63,841 bases of DNA from a virus. Lineage: Duplodnaviria; Caudoviricetes. The stretch covers positions 1 through 63,841 of the IMG/VR virus record IMGVR_UViG_3300021168_000030, one strand, 5' to 3'. Position 1 is the stretch's first letter; every line of letters starts with the position of its first letter. The translations under genes and the position numbers were made by a program. Under the pieces are notes generated by a model, which made no database searches, was not told where the DNA came from, and was given only the letters and a program-made list of their open reading frames with translations. Of the stretch, positions 1 to 10,673 are shown piece after piece.

Positions 1-3000
1 CGAGCCGCCGAGAAGGCGCGTATGGCCGAGCAGCAGCCGGTCGAGCACGGCCAGGCTTACGTGTCGCCCGAGACCGAGCCCGCCATGGCTGCGATGCCGG
101 CGCTGCTGACGCGCGAGACTGCCCAGAAGCTAACTCTTCGGCGGCTATCTCCAATGGCACGCGAAGCCCGCGCCGAGGCCGAGTCTCAGCCAGTCGTACG
201 CGAGCGCGCTAAAACTACTACAGTAGTAGAAGATGCTGGCGTCGAGAAGCCCCGATCGGCACAGACCACCAACAAAGAACGCATTTTAAGCGACCTAGAA
301 AGCAAAGTTTCCAACGGACTGATGACCGCTGCTGAGGCAGATCGGGTCTATGGGCGCAAGGAGCCCGGCATCAAAGCCGGCCGCCAACGCAAATTCTCTG
401 ATTTCGCGTCTTATATACGTGACCGCCTACAACGGGCCAGTGACCCCGATGTCGAGCGCGAACTATTGTCCCGTGCCGAGCAGATCCAGAGTGACAAAAA
501 ACTAACGACGGCCCAGAAGCTAGCGCAGTCGCGCGAGATTAATAAGGCACTGCAATCTGTCGGGCCGGAACACGCTGCGAAGCTGCGCGGTATCCTCAAT
601 GAGCTCGAAGGCAAAGACCGGGTCGCTTACGCACCACGATCAACCATTGAAAGTTTATATCATGATGAGCGTATAAACTACCCATTATGGGATATTCTTG
701 ACAGACCGTCTGGTCGAGCGAAAGAGCAAGAATATCTCGACCGGATCGCAAATGACCCGGTCGTTAAGGTCCGTCTGCCGCAAGCAGTGGCTCTCGCGCG
801 GCGGCTCAAGGAAATGCTTCCTTCGAGCTTGGAAGTGCTGCCTAAGCATATTGCCGAAGCGCAATTTGGTACAAGCTACCCAGACTATGCGGCAGGCGGC
901 TTTGATCCACGACACGATATTATTTTCCTTCATCCATCCGCTAGAGAAAGCAGCGCTTTAGAGGTTGTACTGCATGAAGGTATGCACGCAGTTACGACTC
1001 GGTTCCTGCGTGAAAAACCACAAAATTCAATGGCTGCGCTAAATGCTATCCGCGATGAACTGCGCCGATATAATGACCAAGCTAGCCAGGAAGGTACTTT
1101 TGACACCTTTGATTATGCCTTATCCAATAACGAAGAATTGCACACGATGCTGATGACCAGCCCGGTCATACAGAAGATCGCGGCTAGTATTACACCTTCC
1201 CGAGAATTCCGCGCCAAGATGCGTGAGCTGGGGTATGCCCCACAAGAGAGTCGGTCATTATGGAAGGCTTTCACTGGCTGGGTTCGACGGGCATTAGGAC
1301 TTAACCAGAAAGAAGTTGGCGACACATTACTTGATCATGCTCTGCGCCCACTTCAAGACATAACGGACAAGGCCGATAAGTTCAACCGGGGCAAGTTCCA
1401 ATTCATTAACGAGCAGGCGAGAGAAACCGCCGACGCAGCAATCAGCGCGATGCCTCGGTTTGGTCGGGACGATGTTAGTAGAGCGCTTAAGTATGTCGAG
1501 GTAGACCGCGCGCGGCGGATGCTATTGCAGGGAGTACCGACTGACGGCATCATTAAGTGGAACGGGGAGTTGTTTGAGAGCCGCGACAAGGAAGCGCCCG
1601 GTAATTCACTGAAAGACTATCGCACGGCATACGAGGCACAGGCTGCTAGGTCTAAGAGATTCAGCGACGAGAATGCTGATCGCGTCAAAGACATGATTGG
1701 TACAATGACTGAACCAGTCGCTCGATTAATGAATGATGCGACGTTGGCAGAGGCTCATCTGGGGCCCAGCGACCCGAATGCCAACGCGCATTTCAAAACC
1801 CGGGAGCAGCAGCAAGCGCTGAGCAACCTACAAACGCGCTACGACGCGCTCTCCGACAGTGATAAGAAGACCTATAGCAATTTCCGAGATTGGTATAGAG
1901 AGACTGACGGGATTGAGCGCGTCGCCAGATTTAAGTCGATGGTCAAAACTGCGCTTCCCGACGCGACTTCGACACAGGTGCGCGCTCTAGCTCAAGCACT
2001 GCGGACGATGCGGGGGATCAAGGAACTTATCGACGACCCCGATAAATCGCCGGTCGCCGCTGCATTCGCCGAGGCTTGGAATAGCAAGCGCGCGATCGCG
2101 CGTGAGATCGCTAAGGTCCACCGTGATGGCTTCGTCCAAGGTGACTATTTCCCACTCCGTAGATATGGCGACTACGTGATTCGCTACGGTACTAAGGGTA
2201 CCGACGATTATGGCGTGGAGCGGTTCGAACGCCGGGGTGAGGCTGAGGCGCGTCGGGCCGAGCTGGCGCGGGAAGGCGCCGAGCCGAGCAATGTCATGCT
2301 GGCAGACGATACGGCGCCCAGAAATATGGTTCCTACTGGCGTGATGGATGACCTGAACAGGGCGCTGAATAAGGCTGGCGGCTTCAGTGAGGACCAGCTT
2401 GACTCGGTGCGCGACGCCTTCGCGTCGATTATGCTGCAAAACGCGAGTCGGTCAGAGGCCGCGCGCACCCGGATGCGCCGCCAAGGAGTCAAGGGCGCGT
2501 CGATCGATCACGCCAAAGTTTTGTCGCGGGATTTCCTAGCTCTGTCGTCGAGGCTTGGCTACCTCGAACACGGACCCGATCGTGTGCAGGCGATCGCGGC
2601 GATGGGTCGGCAGGTTGGTTGGCTTGAGCGCAACGGCGCTGAGGGTGAGGGGATACGCGCTCAGTCTGTGTTGAACGAAATCAAACAGCGGCAGCCGGCT
2701 GGTGACGACGCGTCGAGTAAGTTCGCTGGCTTCACACGCAGGGCGTCGACGCTGGGGTATGTGCAGTCATTGATGTCGTTTTCACATCTGTTTACGTCGA
2801 CCTTCGAAGCGCACACGAACTCAATCGCTTTGATGGGCTCCCGTCACGGGCTCCGCGCTAATTTAGCATTGACGAAGGCCCTTAAGGACATCACGCCGAC
2901 AATGGCAGTGAATGCCGTCGGTAAGACGATAAGAGCCGCGAAGGCAGCAGCGTTTCTCGGACCCGAACTCAAGACTGCCGACTGGAATCTTTCGAACGTT

Positions 3001-4353
3001 ATTCGTGATCGGCTCATATCTGCGGGTGCTGATCGTGCCGCAACGACAGACTTATTCGATGGACGTGATGGGCTGAATGCTGCCGGTCTTATTGACCATA
3101 CGATGATACGTGAGATGCAGCGTATCGCTAGGTCAGGAACTACCGGGGTTGGGAAGTGGTGGGACCGGTTCATGGATTTCAACGCAGTCGCTGCGCATAC
3201 CGTCGATGCCACGAATAAATCAGCCATCGCCAAAGCCGCCTATGATCTAGAGTTGCGCAAGACAGGCAATCACGAGCAAGCGAAGTTATACGCCGTCGAT
3301 ATGGCGCGCACGGCTATGCCGAATTACAACCTAGGAAATAAATCCCGCATCTCGACCAATAGGGGCATTCTTGGTGGGGTTGCTGCACCGCTGACTCAGT
3401 TCAAGCAGTACGGCATCAATATGTACTCCGTGATGGCTAACCTTATGCGCGCGTCCGTTCATGGCGCGTCGAGCACTGACAGATGGGAGGCGCGCAAAGC
3501 GTTCGCTGGAATACTAGCGACGCATGCCATGATGGCCGGCGTGCTCACCTGGATAGCCGACCCCCTGCGCTACATCGGTGGACTTTACGACCTGATCACC
3601 GGCGCGGCTAAACCGCACGACTACGAAAACGATGCCCGGCGTTGGATAGCCGGCGCGTTCGGGCCCGAGCTGGGCGAGATCATCTCACGTGGCGTGCTGC
3701 ACATGGCGGGGATCGACATACATCGCCGGGTTGGGTTGTCGAACCTGCTCGAAGTCCCCGAGCTTAAATCGTTCGACAAGAAGGGCTTCGCCGAGATGGT
3801 CGCTTCGGCAATGACGGGCGCCGCCGGCGAGGACGCTGCTACGATGGCTGGCGGCATGATGAAGGTCTTCCAGGGCGATATCATGGGCGGCATCAAGGAT
3901 ATGGTGCCCCGCGTTGTCCGCGACCCGATGAAGGCTTATGGCTTAGCTACTAGCGGCGTTACCGACTCCAAGGGTAAAACCATCTTGCCTGCGTCAAAAC
4001 TGTCAGGTGGTGACATCGCGGCGCAGGCATTGGGCTTTCAGCCGGCTCAGGCTTCGGAATTCCGCGAGGGGCGCAACGCGGTATTAGAGGCTAAAAATGA
4101 AGCCATCGTGGATAAATCCCGCGCGCTCAACGCGTTCGTTACCGCCTCACCGCCGGGCAGAAAGTCCGCGCTGAAACAGGTGCAGGATTACAACCGCTCC
4201 AACCCGACGTCTCCGATCACCTATGCGCAACTCATGGGCGCGCTGAAACGTCAGCAACAGCAGATACAGACCCCCGGCAGCTTCGGTTTGACGCTTTCGA
4301 AAAAATCTGCACCGGCGCTATCTAAACAAGGCAACTTCGCTAACGTCCGATGA
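1..4353 (+). CDS. Giant internal virion/ejected polyvalent protein, C-terminal part (zincin metallopeptidase + PLxRFG-like domain); probably 5'-truncated
   Basis: Frame is open from base 1 (first ATG at 22). VLHEGMHAVT is an HExxH motif; DYFPLRRYGDY resembles PLxRFG. Helical, Ala-rich, and follows the ejection genes if the genome is circular. Confidence 0.75.
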   Translation, partial: RAAEKARMAEQQPVEHGQAYVSPETEPAMAAMPALLTRETAQKLTLRRLSPMAREARAEAESQPVVRERAKTTTVVEDAGVEKPRSAQTTNKERILSDLESKVSNGLMTAAEADRVYGRKEPGIKAGRQRKFSDFASYIRDRLQRASDPDVERELLSRAEQIQSDKKLTTAQKLAQSREINKALQSVGPEHAAKLRGILNELEGKDRVAYAPRSTIESLYHDERINYPLWDILDRPSGRAKEQEYLDRIANDPVVKVRLPQAVALARRLKEMLPSSLEVLPKHIAEAQFGTSYPDYAAGGFDPRHDIIFLHPSARESSALEVVLHEGMHAVTTRFLREKPQNSMAALNAIRDELRRYNDQASQEGTFDTFDYALSNNEELHTMLMTSPVIQKIAASITPSREFRAKMRELGYAPQESRSLWKAFTGWVRRALGLNQKEVGDTLLDHALRPLQDITDKADKFNRGKFQFINEQARETADAAISAMPRFGRDDVSRALKYVEVDRARRMLLQGVPTDGIIKWNGELFESRDKEAPGNSLKDYRTAYEAQAARSKRFSDENADRVKDMIGTMTEPVARLMNDATLAEAHLGPSDPNANAHFKTREQQQALSNLQTRYDALSDSDKKTYSNFRDWYRETDGIERVARFKSMVKTALPDATSTQVRALAQALRTMRGIKELIDDPDKSPVAAAFAEAWNSKRAIAREIAKVHRDGFVQGDYFPLRRYGDYVIRYGTKGTDDYGVERFERRGEAEARRAELAREGAEPSNVMLADDTAPRNMVPTGVMDDLNRALNKAGGFSEDQLDSVRDAFASIMLQNASRSEAARTRMRRQGVKGASIDHAKVLSRDFLALSSRLGYLEHGPDRVQAIAAMGRQVGWLERNGAEGEGIRAQSVLNEIKQRQPAGDDASSKFAGFTRRASTLGYVQSLMSFSHLFTSTFEAHTNSIALMGSRHGLRANLALTKALKDITPTMAVNAVGKTIRAAKAAAFLGPELKTADWNLSNVIRDRLISAGADRAATTDLFDGRDGLNAAGLIDHTMIREMQRIARSGTTGVGKWWDRFMDFNAVAAHTVDATNKSAIAKAAYDLELRKTGNHEQAKLYAVDMARTAMPNYNLGNKSRISTNRGILGGVAAPLTQFKQYGINMYSVMANLMRASVHGASSTDRWEARKAFAGILATHAMMAGVLTWIADPLRYIGGLYDLITGAAKPHDYENDARRWIAGAFGPELGEIISRGVLHMAGIDIHRRVGLSNLLEVPELKSFDKKGFAEMVASAMTGAAGEDAATMAGGMMKVFQGDIMGGIKDMVPRVVRDPMKAYGLATSGVTDSKGKTILPASKLSGGDIAAQALGFQPAQASEFREGRNAVLEAKNEAIVDKSRALNAFVTASPPGRKSALKQVQDYNRSNPTSPITYAQLMGALKRQQQQIQTPGSFGLTLSKKSAPALSKQGNFANVR

Positions 4354-4407
4354 CGGCCTTGCATTTCTGATTTAATGGTACTACTGTAGTAATTATAGGA
4401 GCGATAA

Positions 4408-4674
4408 ATGGCAGATACGTTTCCGAGCACCCCCAACCCAGAAATGGTCTCGCAGGTAGCTGTGATTTTGCGGCATCTCATTACAGCCGCAAGTACGCTT
4501 GGCCTTGCAGATGGCGCTTATAGTGATAGTACGCTGACGATGGCTGCCTCGGCTTTAGTGCTCCTGGGGAACACAGCTTACGCGCTTTATGATCTCTGGA
4601 AAAAGAAGCGCCTTGATCATGCAGGAAATGTTCTAAGCGCCCGGATGGGTAAGCCGGTACAGCCCGCAGTATGA
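4408..4674 (+). CDS. Putative holin
   Basis: 88 aa, two hydrophobic segments, basic tail (WKKKR), AGGAG RBS, first gene of the lysis cluster. Confidence 0.6.
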   Translation: MADTFPSTPNPEMVSQVAVILRHLITAASTLGLADGAYSDSTLTMAASALVLLGNTAYALYDLWKKKRLDHAGNVLSARMGKPVQPAV

Positions 4675-4937
4675 GCCGCGGCGGTAACTGTCTTTACAAT
4701 CTCGACAGGGCAGTAGCGTCCTTATTCGGCGCGCCGCCGCAGGAGACTATCAGCTCGGAAGTCGGCCGTGTCGCGCGTGGCACTGCACATGGGCACAACC
4801 GCGTTGAGCAATGGGCGGCGCTTTTGATCGCTCGCTGGCTCGATACGGATAAGCATCTATGGGGCCAGGATCATACGTTAAAAGCAATTCTGCACGCTGA
4901 CCAACTAGATAAAGCCGATGATGGAGCTGAGCAATGA
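4671..4937 (+). CDS. Conserved phage hypothetical protein
   Basis: LDR..ASLFG.P.ETISS.VGR...DH pattern of a common small phage family; ATGA overlap with neighbours. Confidence 0.55.
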   Translation: MSRGGNCLYNLDRAVASLFGAPPQETISSEVGRVARGTAHGHNRVEQWAALLIARWLDTDKHLWGQDHTLKAILHADQLDKADDGAEQ

Positions 4938-5233
4938 GCATGGATGTAAATCAACGCGAGAACATCGATAAGACGAAGCACCTTCCCGCCGGCCAGATGT
5001 CGCAGCACCATTACCCGCGCCTTGCCGTGGGCGACCCGGGCCCCAACGGTGAGATAACTATTCGGCTTATCCTGGGGCTGCCGTGCTGCGGCGTGGACCT
5101 GGACCTTGAGTGTCCGCCGAGCATGACGATCGAGGAGTTGGGCGTCACGGCACGAGGGTTCTTTGAGTTGTATCAGATGATCGCCGCACTGCCTACGTTT
5201 AGCCAGTGCCTAATATCAGGTACGTCCAAATGA
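4934..5233 (+). CDS. Hypothetical protein
   Basis: ATGA overlaps on both sides; GGAG RBS. Confidence 0.5.
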   Translation: MSMDVNQRENIDKTKHLPAGQMSQHHYPRLAVGDPGPNGEITIRLILGLPCCGVDLDLECPPSMTIEELGVTARGFFELYQMIAALPTFSQCLISGTSK

Positions 5234-5415
5234 GCGACAAGATCGGTATGTCGATAAGTGCAGAGTGGGAAAACAACCGAGTTGAGCGTGTGTGCGTTGC
5301 TTTTAGCGAAAAGCTAACGAAAGCTCAGCGGCGGGAATGCGCTAAATTTATCTTAGACTCAGCCGAAGTTTTTACACACGACTATGACGAAGTCCTCGAC
5401 GAGGGCCCGAAATGA
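5230..5415 (+). CDS. Hypothetical protein
   Basis: ATGA overlaps with the upstream gene and the endolysin. Confidence 0.5.
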   Translation: MSDKIGMSISAEWENNRVERVCVAFSEKLTKAQRRECAKFILDSAEVFTHDYDEVLDEGPK

Positions 5416-6080
5416 GCGACGAACAACAGACCTTTATCGACATGGTCGCCCCATTGGCACAGGCCGCCCAGGCCCGTACTAAGGTTCCGGCCTCCGTGAC
5501 AATCGCGCAGGCGATCCTTGAGACTGGTTGGGGCAAGCACACGATTGCCGACGCTAACAACCTATTCGGGATCAAGGGCACCGGTCCCGCTGGGTCGATC
5601 ACCGTCCCCACCCATGAAGTGGTCAACGGCGCAGAGACAACCGTCGACGCCGCTTTCCGCAAATACCACAACATTGGCGAGAGCGTCGAAGATCACGCCG
5701 ACTTCTTCGTGGTCAACAAGCGATACGCGCACGCATTGGAAGTAGCTAGCGACGCGAACTCGTTCGCTCAGGAAATCCAGCGCGCCGGTTACGCGACAGA
5801 CCCCGACTATGCCGCCAAGTTGATCAGCCTCATGCAGGGACACAACCTCTATCAGTACGATGGAGGCCCGGTGCCGGTGATCCCGCCGGTAGTGCCGTAC
5901 CTACCGTCGCAGCCGCCCCTGCCCCTGCCCGCCCCGGCCCCGGCAGACCCCGCGCCCACCGACGCTCTCGACCCTGAAGTTCAAGCGATGTCTGACATGC
6001 TCGACATCCTCCAGGGCCTCAGAACTATGGACGGTAGGAAGCGGGTGCTCACTTACGTCACTGCGAGGTATGGAACATGA
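5412..6080 (+). CDS. Endolysin, GH73 glucosaminidase (FlgJ-like)
   Basis: AQAILETGWG, NNLFGIK, FRKY and GYATDPDYA motifs; Pro-rich linker and short C-terminal helical domain. Confidence 0.92.
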   Translation: MSDEQQTFIDMVAPLAQAAQARTKVPASVTIAQAILETGWGKHTIADANNLFGIKGTGPAGSITVPTHEVVNGAETTVDAAFRKYHNIGESVEDHADFFVVNKRYAHALEVASDANSFAQEIQRAGYATDPDYAAKLISLMQGHNLYQYDGGPVPVIPPVVPYLPSQPPLPLPAPAPADPAPTDALDPEVQAMSDMLDILQGLRTMDGRKRVLTYVTARYGT

Positions 6081-6415
6081 CTAAGATAGTTTTGCGCCTT
6101 GCAGCCTTCGCTTTCGGATTGGGAGTCGCACTAACGGGCTGCGGGACCGTCGGTTCCCCGCCGGCTCAAACGGATCCCAAAGTAATGGCTCGCATCGTCA
6201 ACATCTGTATGTCGAGCGGGCTGTTCAAATTCACCGATGGCGTGGTGGCGACGCTCGTTCCGGTCGCCGCCCTCCCCATCGCCTTGGTGAATGCGGGAGT
6301 CGACCAGGTCTGCACCCACCCGGAAACCTTCGCCGCCGACGCAACGACCGTCGAGTGGCTCGTCAAGAACTTAGTTGTAAGGAGACATGATGTTCAACCT
6401 ATTCAAGCGAAGTAA
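6077..6415 (+). CDS. Lipoprotein, possible spanin component
   Basis: Signal peptide with LTGC lipobox, directly after the endolysin. Confidence 0.6.
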   Translation: MTKIVLRLAAFAFGLGVALTGCGTVGSPPAQTDPKVMARIVNICMSSGLFKFTDGVVATLVPVAALPIALVNAGVDQVCTHPETFAADATTVEWLVKNLVVRRHDVQPIQAK

Positions 6416-6581
6416 ACCTCTTGCAACGCTCACGGGAAATCCTTCTATATTTCCTGGCGACCGTGAAGGTGATCGCGGCAAGATCCGCATGGATCTACCA
6501 CTTGTCTTCGACAATGGAGATGACGTCCGGGAATTCTTGATTCGAAACAGTTTATCGACGCTGATCTTAGATCGCCGCTGA
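6387..6581 (+). CDS. Hypothetical protein
   Basis: AAGGAG RBS; last ORF before the terminator. Confidence 0.45.
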   Translation: MMFNLFKRSKPLATLTGNPSIFPGDREGDRGKIRMDLPLVFDNGDDVREFLIRNSLSTLILDRR

Positions 6582-6633
6582 GGTTCCTCGGCGGCCTTCC
6601 AAACCCCCCTGCCTGGTAAGGCCGCCGAAGACG

Positions 6634-6670
6634 GTGGCCGCCGCGATCCAACCGCGGCGGCCACTTTTTT
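6634..6670 (+). terminator. Rho-independent terminator of the late/lysis transcript
   Basis: GTGGCCGCCGCG-atccaac-CGCGGCGGCCAC-TTTTTT; a second hairpin precedes it at 6588-6628. Confidence 0.9.
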
Positions 6671-6908
6671 ATCCACAGGCTAAGCCTCTGCTAAGAAACG
6701 GTGCACGATAAGGGTGCGACCCTCTGCCACAGTTGCTATAAATATAGGAAAGATGTTTTATAAAAAGTTAATCGGGTTTTGCTAATCTTAAGTTGAACAT
6801 ACCGTTGACAGCCTAAGTAGCTTATCGATAAAGTGGGCTGCCGGCCAGGCAAACCTAACTAACGCGGATTGTTTCCAGAGTATATATTATGCGACAAATA
6901 CCACCGGT

Positions 6909-7154
6909 TTACACACGCAGGGGTAGTACCAGCCCTTTTTCGGTGTTCCCCGAGGCCATAACGAGCTTGTTTCCGATCCACAGCTCGGGGCCTGCGACAA
7001 TATGCCCGGTCTTCTTATGGATCGCTCGAAGGGCATAGAACAATCTCCAAGCCGAGACTGCGTCACGGTTACCTCGGACGAAGCGTTTGTGAATGCCGTC
7101 GATTTCGACCCACCACACCACCTTTGCGTTGCGTTTAGCCATACACTCCTCCAT
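6909..7154 (-). CDS. Hypothetical protein
   Basis: GGAGGAG precedes the internal ATG (MAKRN); end of the leftward arm. Confidence 0.45.
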   Translation of the reverse strand: MEECMAKRNAKVVWWVEIDGIHKRFVRGNRDAVSAWRLFYALRAIHKKTGHIVAGPELWIGNKLVMASGNTEKGLVLPLRV

Positions 7155-7196
7155 AATCCGCGCAGGACATACGGAGGGAGTGTATCGACCGTCAAA

Positions 7197-7517
7197 TTAT
7201 TGCGCGATTCTGTAGCGGTAGAACTCGTCCGGCGACGAGACGATTTCGACGGCCCGCCCGTCATGATTGTCTAGCCTGCCCCTTTGGTGATCCGCTCGCC
7301 GCCAGTAAGTGGTGGTGGTCCCGGACCAATGAGAGGACTCCTCCTCTATCCCACAGGACTGGCAGATTCGGCGGGCTGGTATTGTGCTGGAAATCTGCTT
7401 TACCGAAATATGCTCGCATTCAAGCTGGACCCGCTCGGCGACCATCTTGACGGTCTCCCGCGCGGCATGCAGATCACGCTCGGCCGCAGCAAGTTCGGGA
7501 TTGCGGGGGAAGTTCAT
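7197..7517 (-). CDS. Hypothetical protein with CxH/CxxC motifs
   Basis: CEH...CQSCG; GAGGAG RBS; ATGA overlap. Confidence 0.55.
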   Translation of the reverse strand: MNFPRNPELAAAERDLHAARETVKMVAERVQLECEHISVKQISSTIPARRICQSCGIEEESSHWSGTTTTYWRRADHQRGRLDNHDGRAVEIVSSPDEFYRYRIAQ

Positions 7518-7720
7518 TGTGCACTCCTCGCGTTCAGCCGCCGCACCCGATTGTACGAGTTGTATCTATTTCGGTTTCGGCGTCGCCACGCACGCATATA
7601 GAGGGCCTTCCGATTAGCTTCTCCCCGCACTTGTTGGTACTCACGGAGGAACTGGATAATAGCATCTGGGCCAGCACCCCAGCACTCAGTGTGATTTAAT
7701 ACCCACAGTCCCTTGCTCAT
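7514..7720 (-). CDS. Small Arg-rich hypothetical protein
   Basis: GGAGG RBS; ATGA overlap with the primase stop. Confidence 0.5.
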   Translation of the reverse strand: MSKGLWVLNHTECWGAGPDAIIQFLREYQQVRGEANRKALYMRAWRRRNRNRYNSYNRVRRLNARSAQ

Positions 7721-10653
7721 ATCGGTTTACCTCCACTCAGTACGTTTAAGGGGCTGCCAGTGTTTGTTGTGGGATTACTATTGTCGTAGTTATAGTCTTC
7801 GAGATCAGGGTGGCTAGTCGGTATCTCGATGTAGTAAATCCGACCTGTTGTGTAGTGAGTGCCGGCGCCTAGCATGCCCCGTCCCTCTTTAGCGCCGTAG
7901 CGGGCCACTAGTTCGTTCTGATAGTCGCCCGAAGGTAAATTCCTATCGCGGCACCACGTCTGCCAGACGCTCTTGTCGATGCGCATCAACTTATCTTTCT
8001 GCGCAGTTTGAATAACAAGAGACTTTATGTTTGGATTTGGGAATGAGAGGACGCTAAATCTTGGATCAGGTTTTCCTTTACGTTGAAATATCGTAGTGAG
8101 CATACGCTCTCTCGTATGCTCCGTGTGAAATCTACCAAGAACGCGCTCAATATCCAGCTGGCCGTCATTGACGGGCAGGTCTCGCTTGCGCCTGTCGCGC
8201 GCCTGAGCAAGCGCTGCTTTTAAGTAGGCATCCATCGCGGGGATGTCGAAGCTCACAAGCTTTAACTTGTTCGCGATCCCCGCACCGGCTAGGATGCAGG
8301 TGATCCCGGCCATGTGAAACCGTTCCCCTGAAGAAGGATCGAGCTCCTCCTCTAGTTTCTTCCCGACCCTCGACACGACGCGTTGCGCCGTCTCGGCGTT
8401 GCTCGCCAGCCACTTAGCGTAGATGCGTCCGGCACTACCGTAGTTAGTCTCAGTCAGTTGGACCGTCTGCCCCGCGGCGATGCTAAGCGGCATCTGTGGG
8501 TGTGTGATCTGGAATTCGAACAGACGTAACGCGGCGGCGTCAGTCTCGGACCGCTCGGCAACGACGTGTTCCATTATCGCCGCATTGCTGGCCATCATCA
8601 TAATGGTTTTCCAATCCCTAGCTTCCCGTAACTTGATATCAGCAGTCATACGCGCCTTTTCCCGCCCTTGACCCATGTCAAAAAAGCCGCGGATACGTTT
8701 CTTTGCGTCGTCTTTGTCGAGCTGTACTTCATCCCAATAAGCCGGCATTATTTTAGTCTGTCCGACCTTATATAGTATCGCGTTGTCAGTATCCTTGAGC
8801 GACATCATGGAGTTCAACGGGTGGGAATAAACCGCCTGACCGACTCTGAACGCCGAGCTCTTCCCAACCGCGCTGTCGCGCGACCACGCCGATATGACCA
8901 CGCCTGACTGGCCGGTGAATTCGAGCAGCGGCGCAGCGAAGCTGACGGCAACGAGCACCTGCAAGTCGGGCCGGTTTTGCGTAACGAAGTCGCAGGCTTT
9001 ACGCCAGTCTTCCAACGTACCCCTCGGGCGATACCACTCGACTATCTGTGGGTCGCCGCCGGGCGCCGGCTCCTCGGTGCCGTCTGCCTTATAGAGCACG
9101 CCGCCGACCGCAAACCCGTCGTAGCCCCCATTCAAGTTCTTCGCCCATCCGAACGGGTAAGTTGCGATACTGCGAACAGCGCACATAGCGCGCAACTTGC
9201 TGATCCACGCCACGATGAAATCTCCGAAGTGCAAGGCGTTGTGTCTGTCGAGGGTGATGCCCTTAGGGCCAAAGTGCGCCATGATCCTGCCTGCCTCGGG
9301 CGATGGCGAGGCTGTCACAACGTCAAAGGTCTTCTTTTCAGGACCGAGATAGGTAAAGGTGATCTGATGGCCGGTCCCGGGGACCTCGTCGAGCACTGCC
9401 CGGTAGACATCGCCGGTGATCAGCCTAAGCCACTCAGCGTCGCCGGTTTTCTTATCCACGATCTCGCGCTGGATCTCGCCATTCTGGCGGCGGAAACCGC
9501 TAGGGAGTTCGTCGGTTCCCTCTGTCTCTTTCTCGACGCCTAGCGAGAAGGGAGAGCCGCCGATGCGCCCCCAAAACGGACAGCCCTGGCAAACCCCCGG
9601 CCGCATACTGTCGAACGTTTTACAGAGCGGCGCGCCGTTGCCCTTGCTCCGCTGCTCGTTGGCAGCACGTTGTAGCTCGGCGTCGGTCTCTGCTGGATCG
9701 TACGCGGGGTGCGCCTTACCGATCTCGTGGGCGTAATGCGCGCCATCACTACAGAAGCTAGCGAGAGTGATAAATCCGAGATACCAAAGCCGACGGTCAT
9801 CGTCGACGCCGTTGACTGCGAGCGACCGCTTGGCCTGCAGGCATTGGGTAGCAATCCGCTCGAAGGTGTGTTCGCGCCGAGATGAGACACCTGCCTGCGC
9901 AGCAGCGGTCAAGCTGCTCTTGCGCACCTTCGCCAGAGCCGGCGGCGTGCCAGCTAGCACATGTCGATCGAGCTGCTTGGTCGGCATATTGTCGATGGAG
10001 CGCTTCGATGCATAAGGACTAAGCGACCGCCATAGCTGGTTGTTGCCGTACTCACTACGGGAGTATTCGGTTAGCACGCGGACCGGCGCCGGCGATCCCG
10101 GGACCTTGCAGTTGAAAGTCCCTGGGAGACGCAATACCCGCGCGCTGTCGGTGGTCAGCCCTACGTCGCCCTTGGCGCCGTGATGGATCAGCGCTGCCTT
10201 GAGCGCCTCGGCATACGGTAGCCATTCATGGGGATCGAGAGGGTCTACGAAGACCCAATAGAGATGCAGGCCATAGCCGCTATTAACGATGAGGTTCGGC
10301 GGCAGTACCCCACTGTCAGTAAGCTTCTGAACGAATGCCAGCGCCTCGGCCTCGTCGGCGAAGGCTGTGCCGGGCCTCTTTTTGTCACCTGGGCGCGAGA
10401 TGTCAGCGTCAAACCAGAGACATTTGAACTGTTCGGCATTATCCTGCGTGCGCTGGCCGGCTTCGTGATACGACGCAACGGCGAACCATACATCGGCGCC
10501 TTTACGGGCTGCCCAACCGGCGTAGCCGACTGCAGAGCCTATATCGGCGCGCGGGAAAAATCTAGCGCTCATTCCCCTATCAGGGAACTTAAACGTAATG
10601 ACGAGGTAATTCCCCGGCGCGACAACGAGCGCTAAAAACTGTGCGGCGTCCAT
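7717..10653 (-). CDS. Primase-helicase (RepB/AEP-like primase + Cys motif + DUF927/Cch-like NTPase)
   Basis: WFDAD, SGYGLHLYW, RVLRLPGTFN; C..CQGC cluster; Walker A AVGKSS, Walker B YWDE. Confidence 0.85.
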   Translation of the reverse strand: MDAAQFLALVVAPGNYLVITFKFPDRGMSARFFPRADIGSAVGYAGWAARKGADVWFAVASYHEAGQRTQDNAEQFKCLWFDADISRPGDKKRPGTAFADEAEALAFVQKLTDSGVLPPNLIVNSGYGLHLYWVFVDPLDPHEWLPYAEALKAALIHHGAKGDVGLTTDSARVLRLPGTFNCKVPGSPAPVRVLTEYSRSEYGNNQLWRSLSPYASKRSIDNMPTKQLDRHVLAGTPPALAKVRKSSLTAAAQAGVSSRREHTFERIATQCLQAKRSLAVNGVDDDRRLWYLGFITLASFCSDGAHYAHEIGKAHPAYDPAETDAELQRAANEQRSKGNGAPLCKTFDSMRPGVCQGCPFWGRIGGSPFSLGVEKETEGTDELPSGFRRQNGEIQREIVDKKTGDAEWLRLITGDVYRAVLDEVPGTGHQITFTYLGPEKKTFDVVTASPSPEAGRIMAHFGPKGITLDRHNALHFGDFIVAWISKLRAMCAVRSIATYPFGWAKNLNGGYDGFAVGGVLYKADGTEEPAPGGDPQIVEWYRPRGTLEDWRKACDFVTQNRPDLQVLVAVSFAAPLLEFTGQSGVVISAWSRDSAVGKSSAFRVGQAVYSHPLNSMMSLKDTDNAILYKVGQTKIMPAYWDEVQLDKDDAKKRIRGFFDMGQGREKARMTADIKLREARDWKTIMMMASNAAIMEHVVAERSETDAAALRLFEFQITHPQMPLSIAAGQTVQLTETNYGSAGRIYAKWLASNAETAQRVVSRVGKKLEEELDPSSGERFHMAGITCILAGAGIANKLKLVSFDIPAMDAYLKAALAQARDRRKRDLPVNDGQLDIERVLGRFHTEHTRERMLTTIFQRKGKPDPRFSVLSFPNPNIKSLVIQTAQKDKLMRIDKSVWQTWCRDRNLPSGDYQNELVARYGAKEGRGMLGAGTHYTTGRIYYIEIPTSHPDLEDYNYDNSNPTTNTGSPLNVLSGGKPI

Positions 10654-10673
10654 CCCACTCCCTGAATGTTACA

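Noticed and set aside
1-4353. N4-like virion RNA polymerase using the palindromes as hairpin promoters
   Set aside because: No polymerase motifs recognisable in the giant protein, and many palindromes lie mid-gene.
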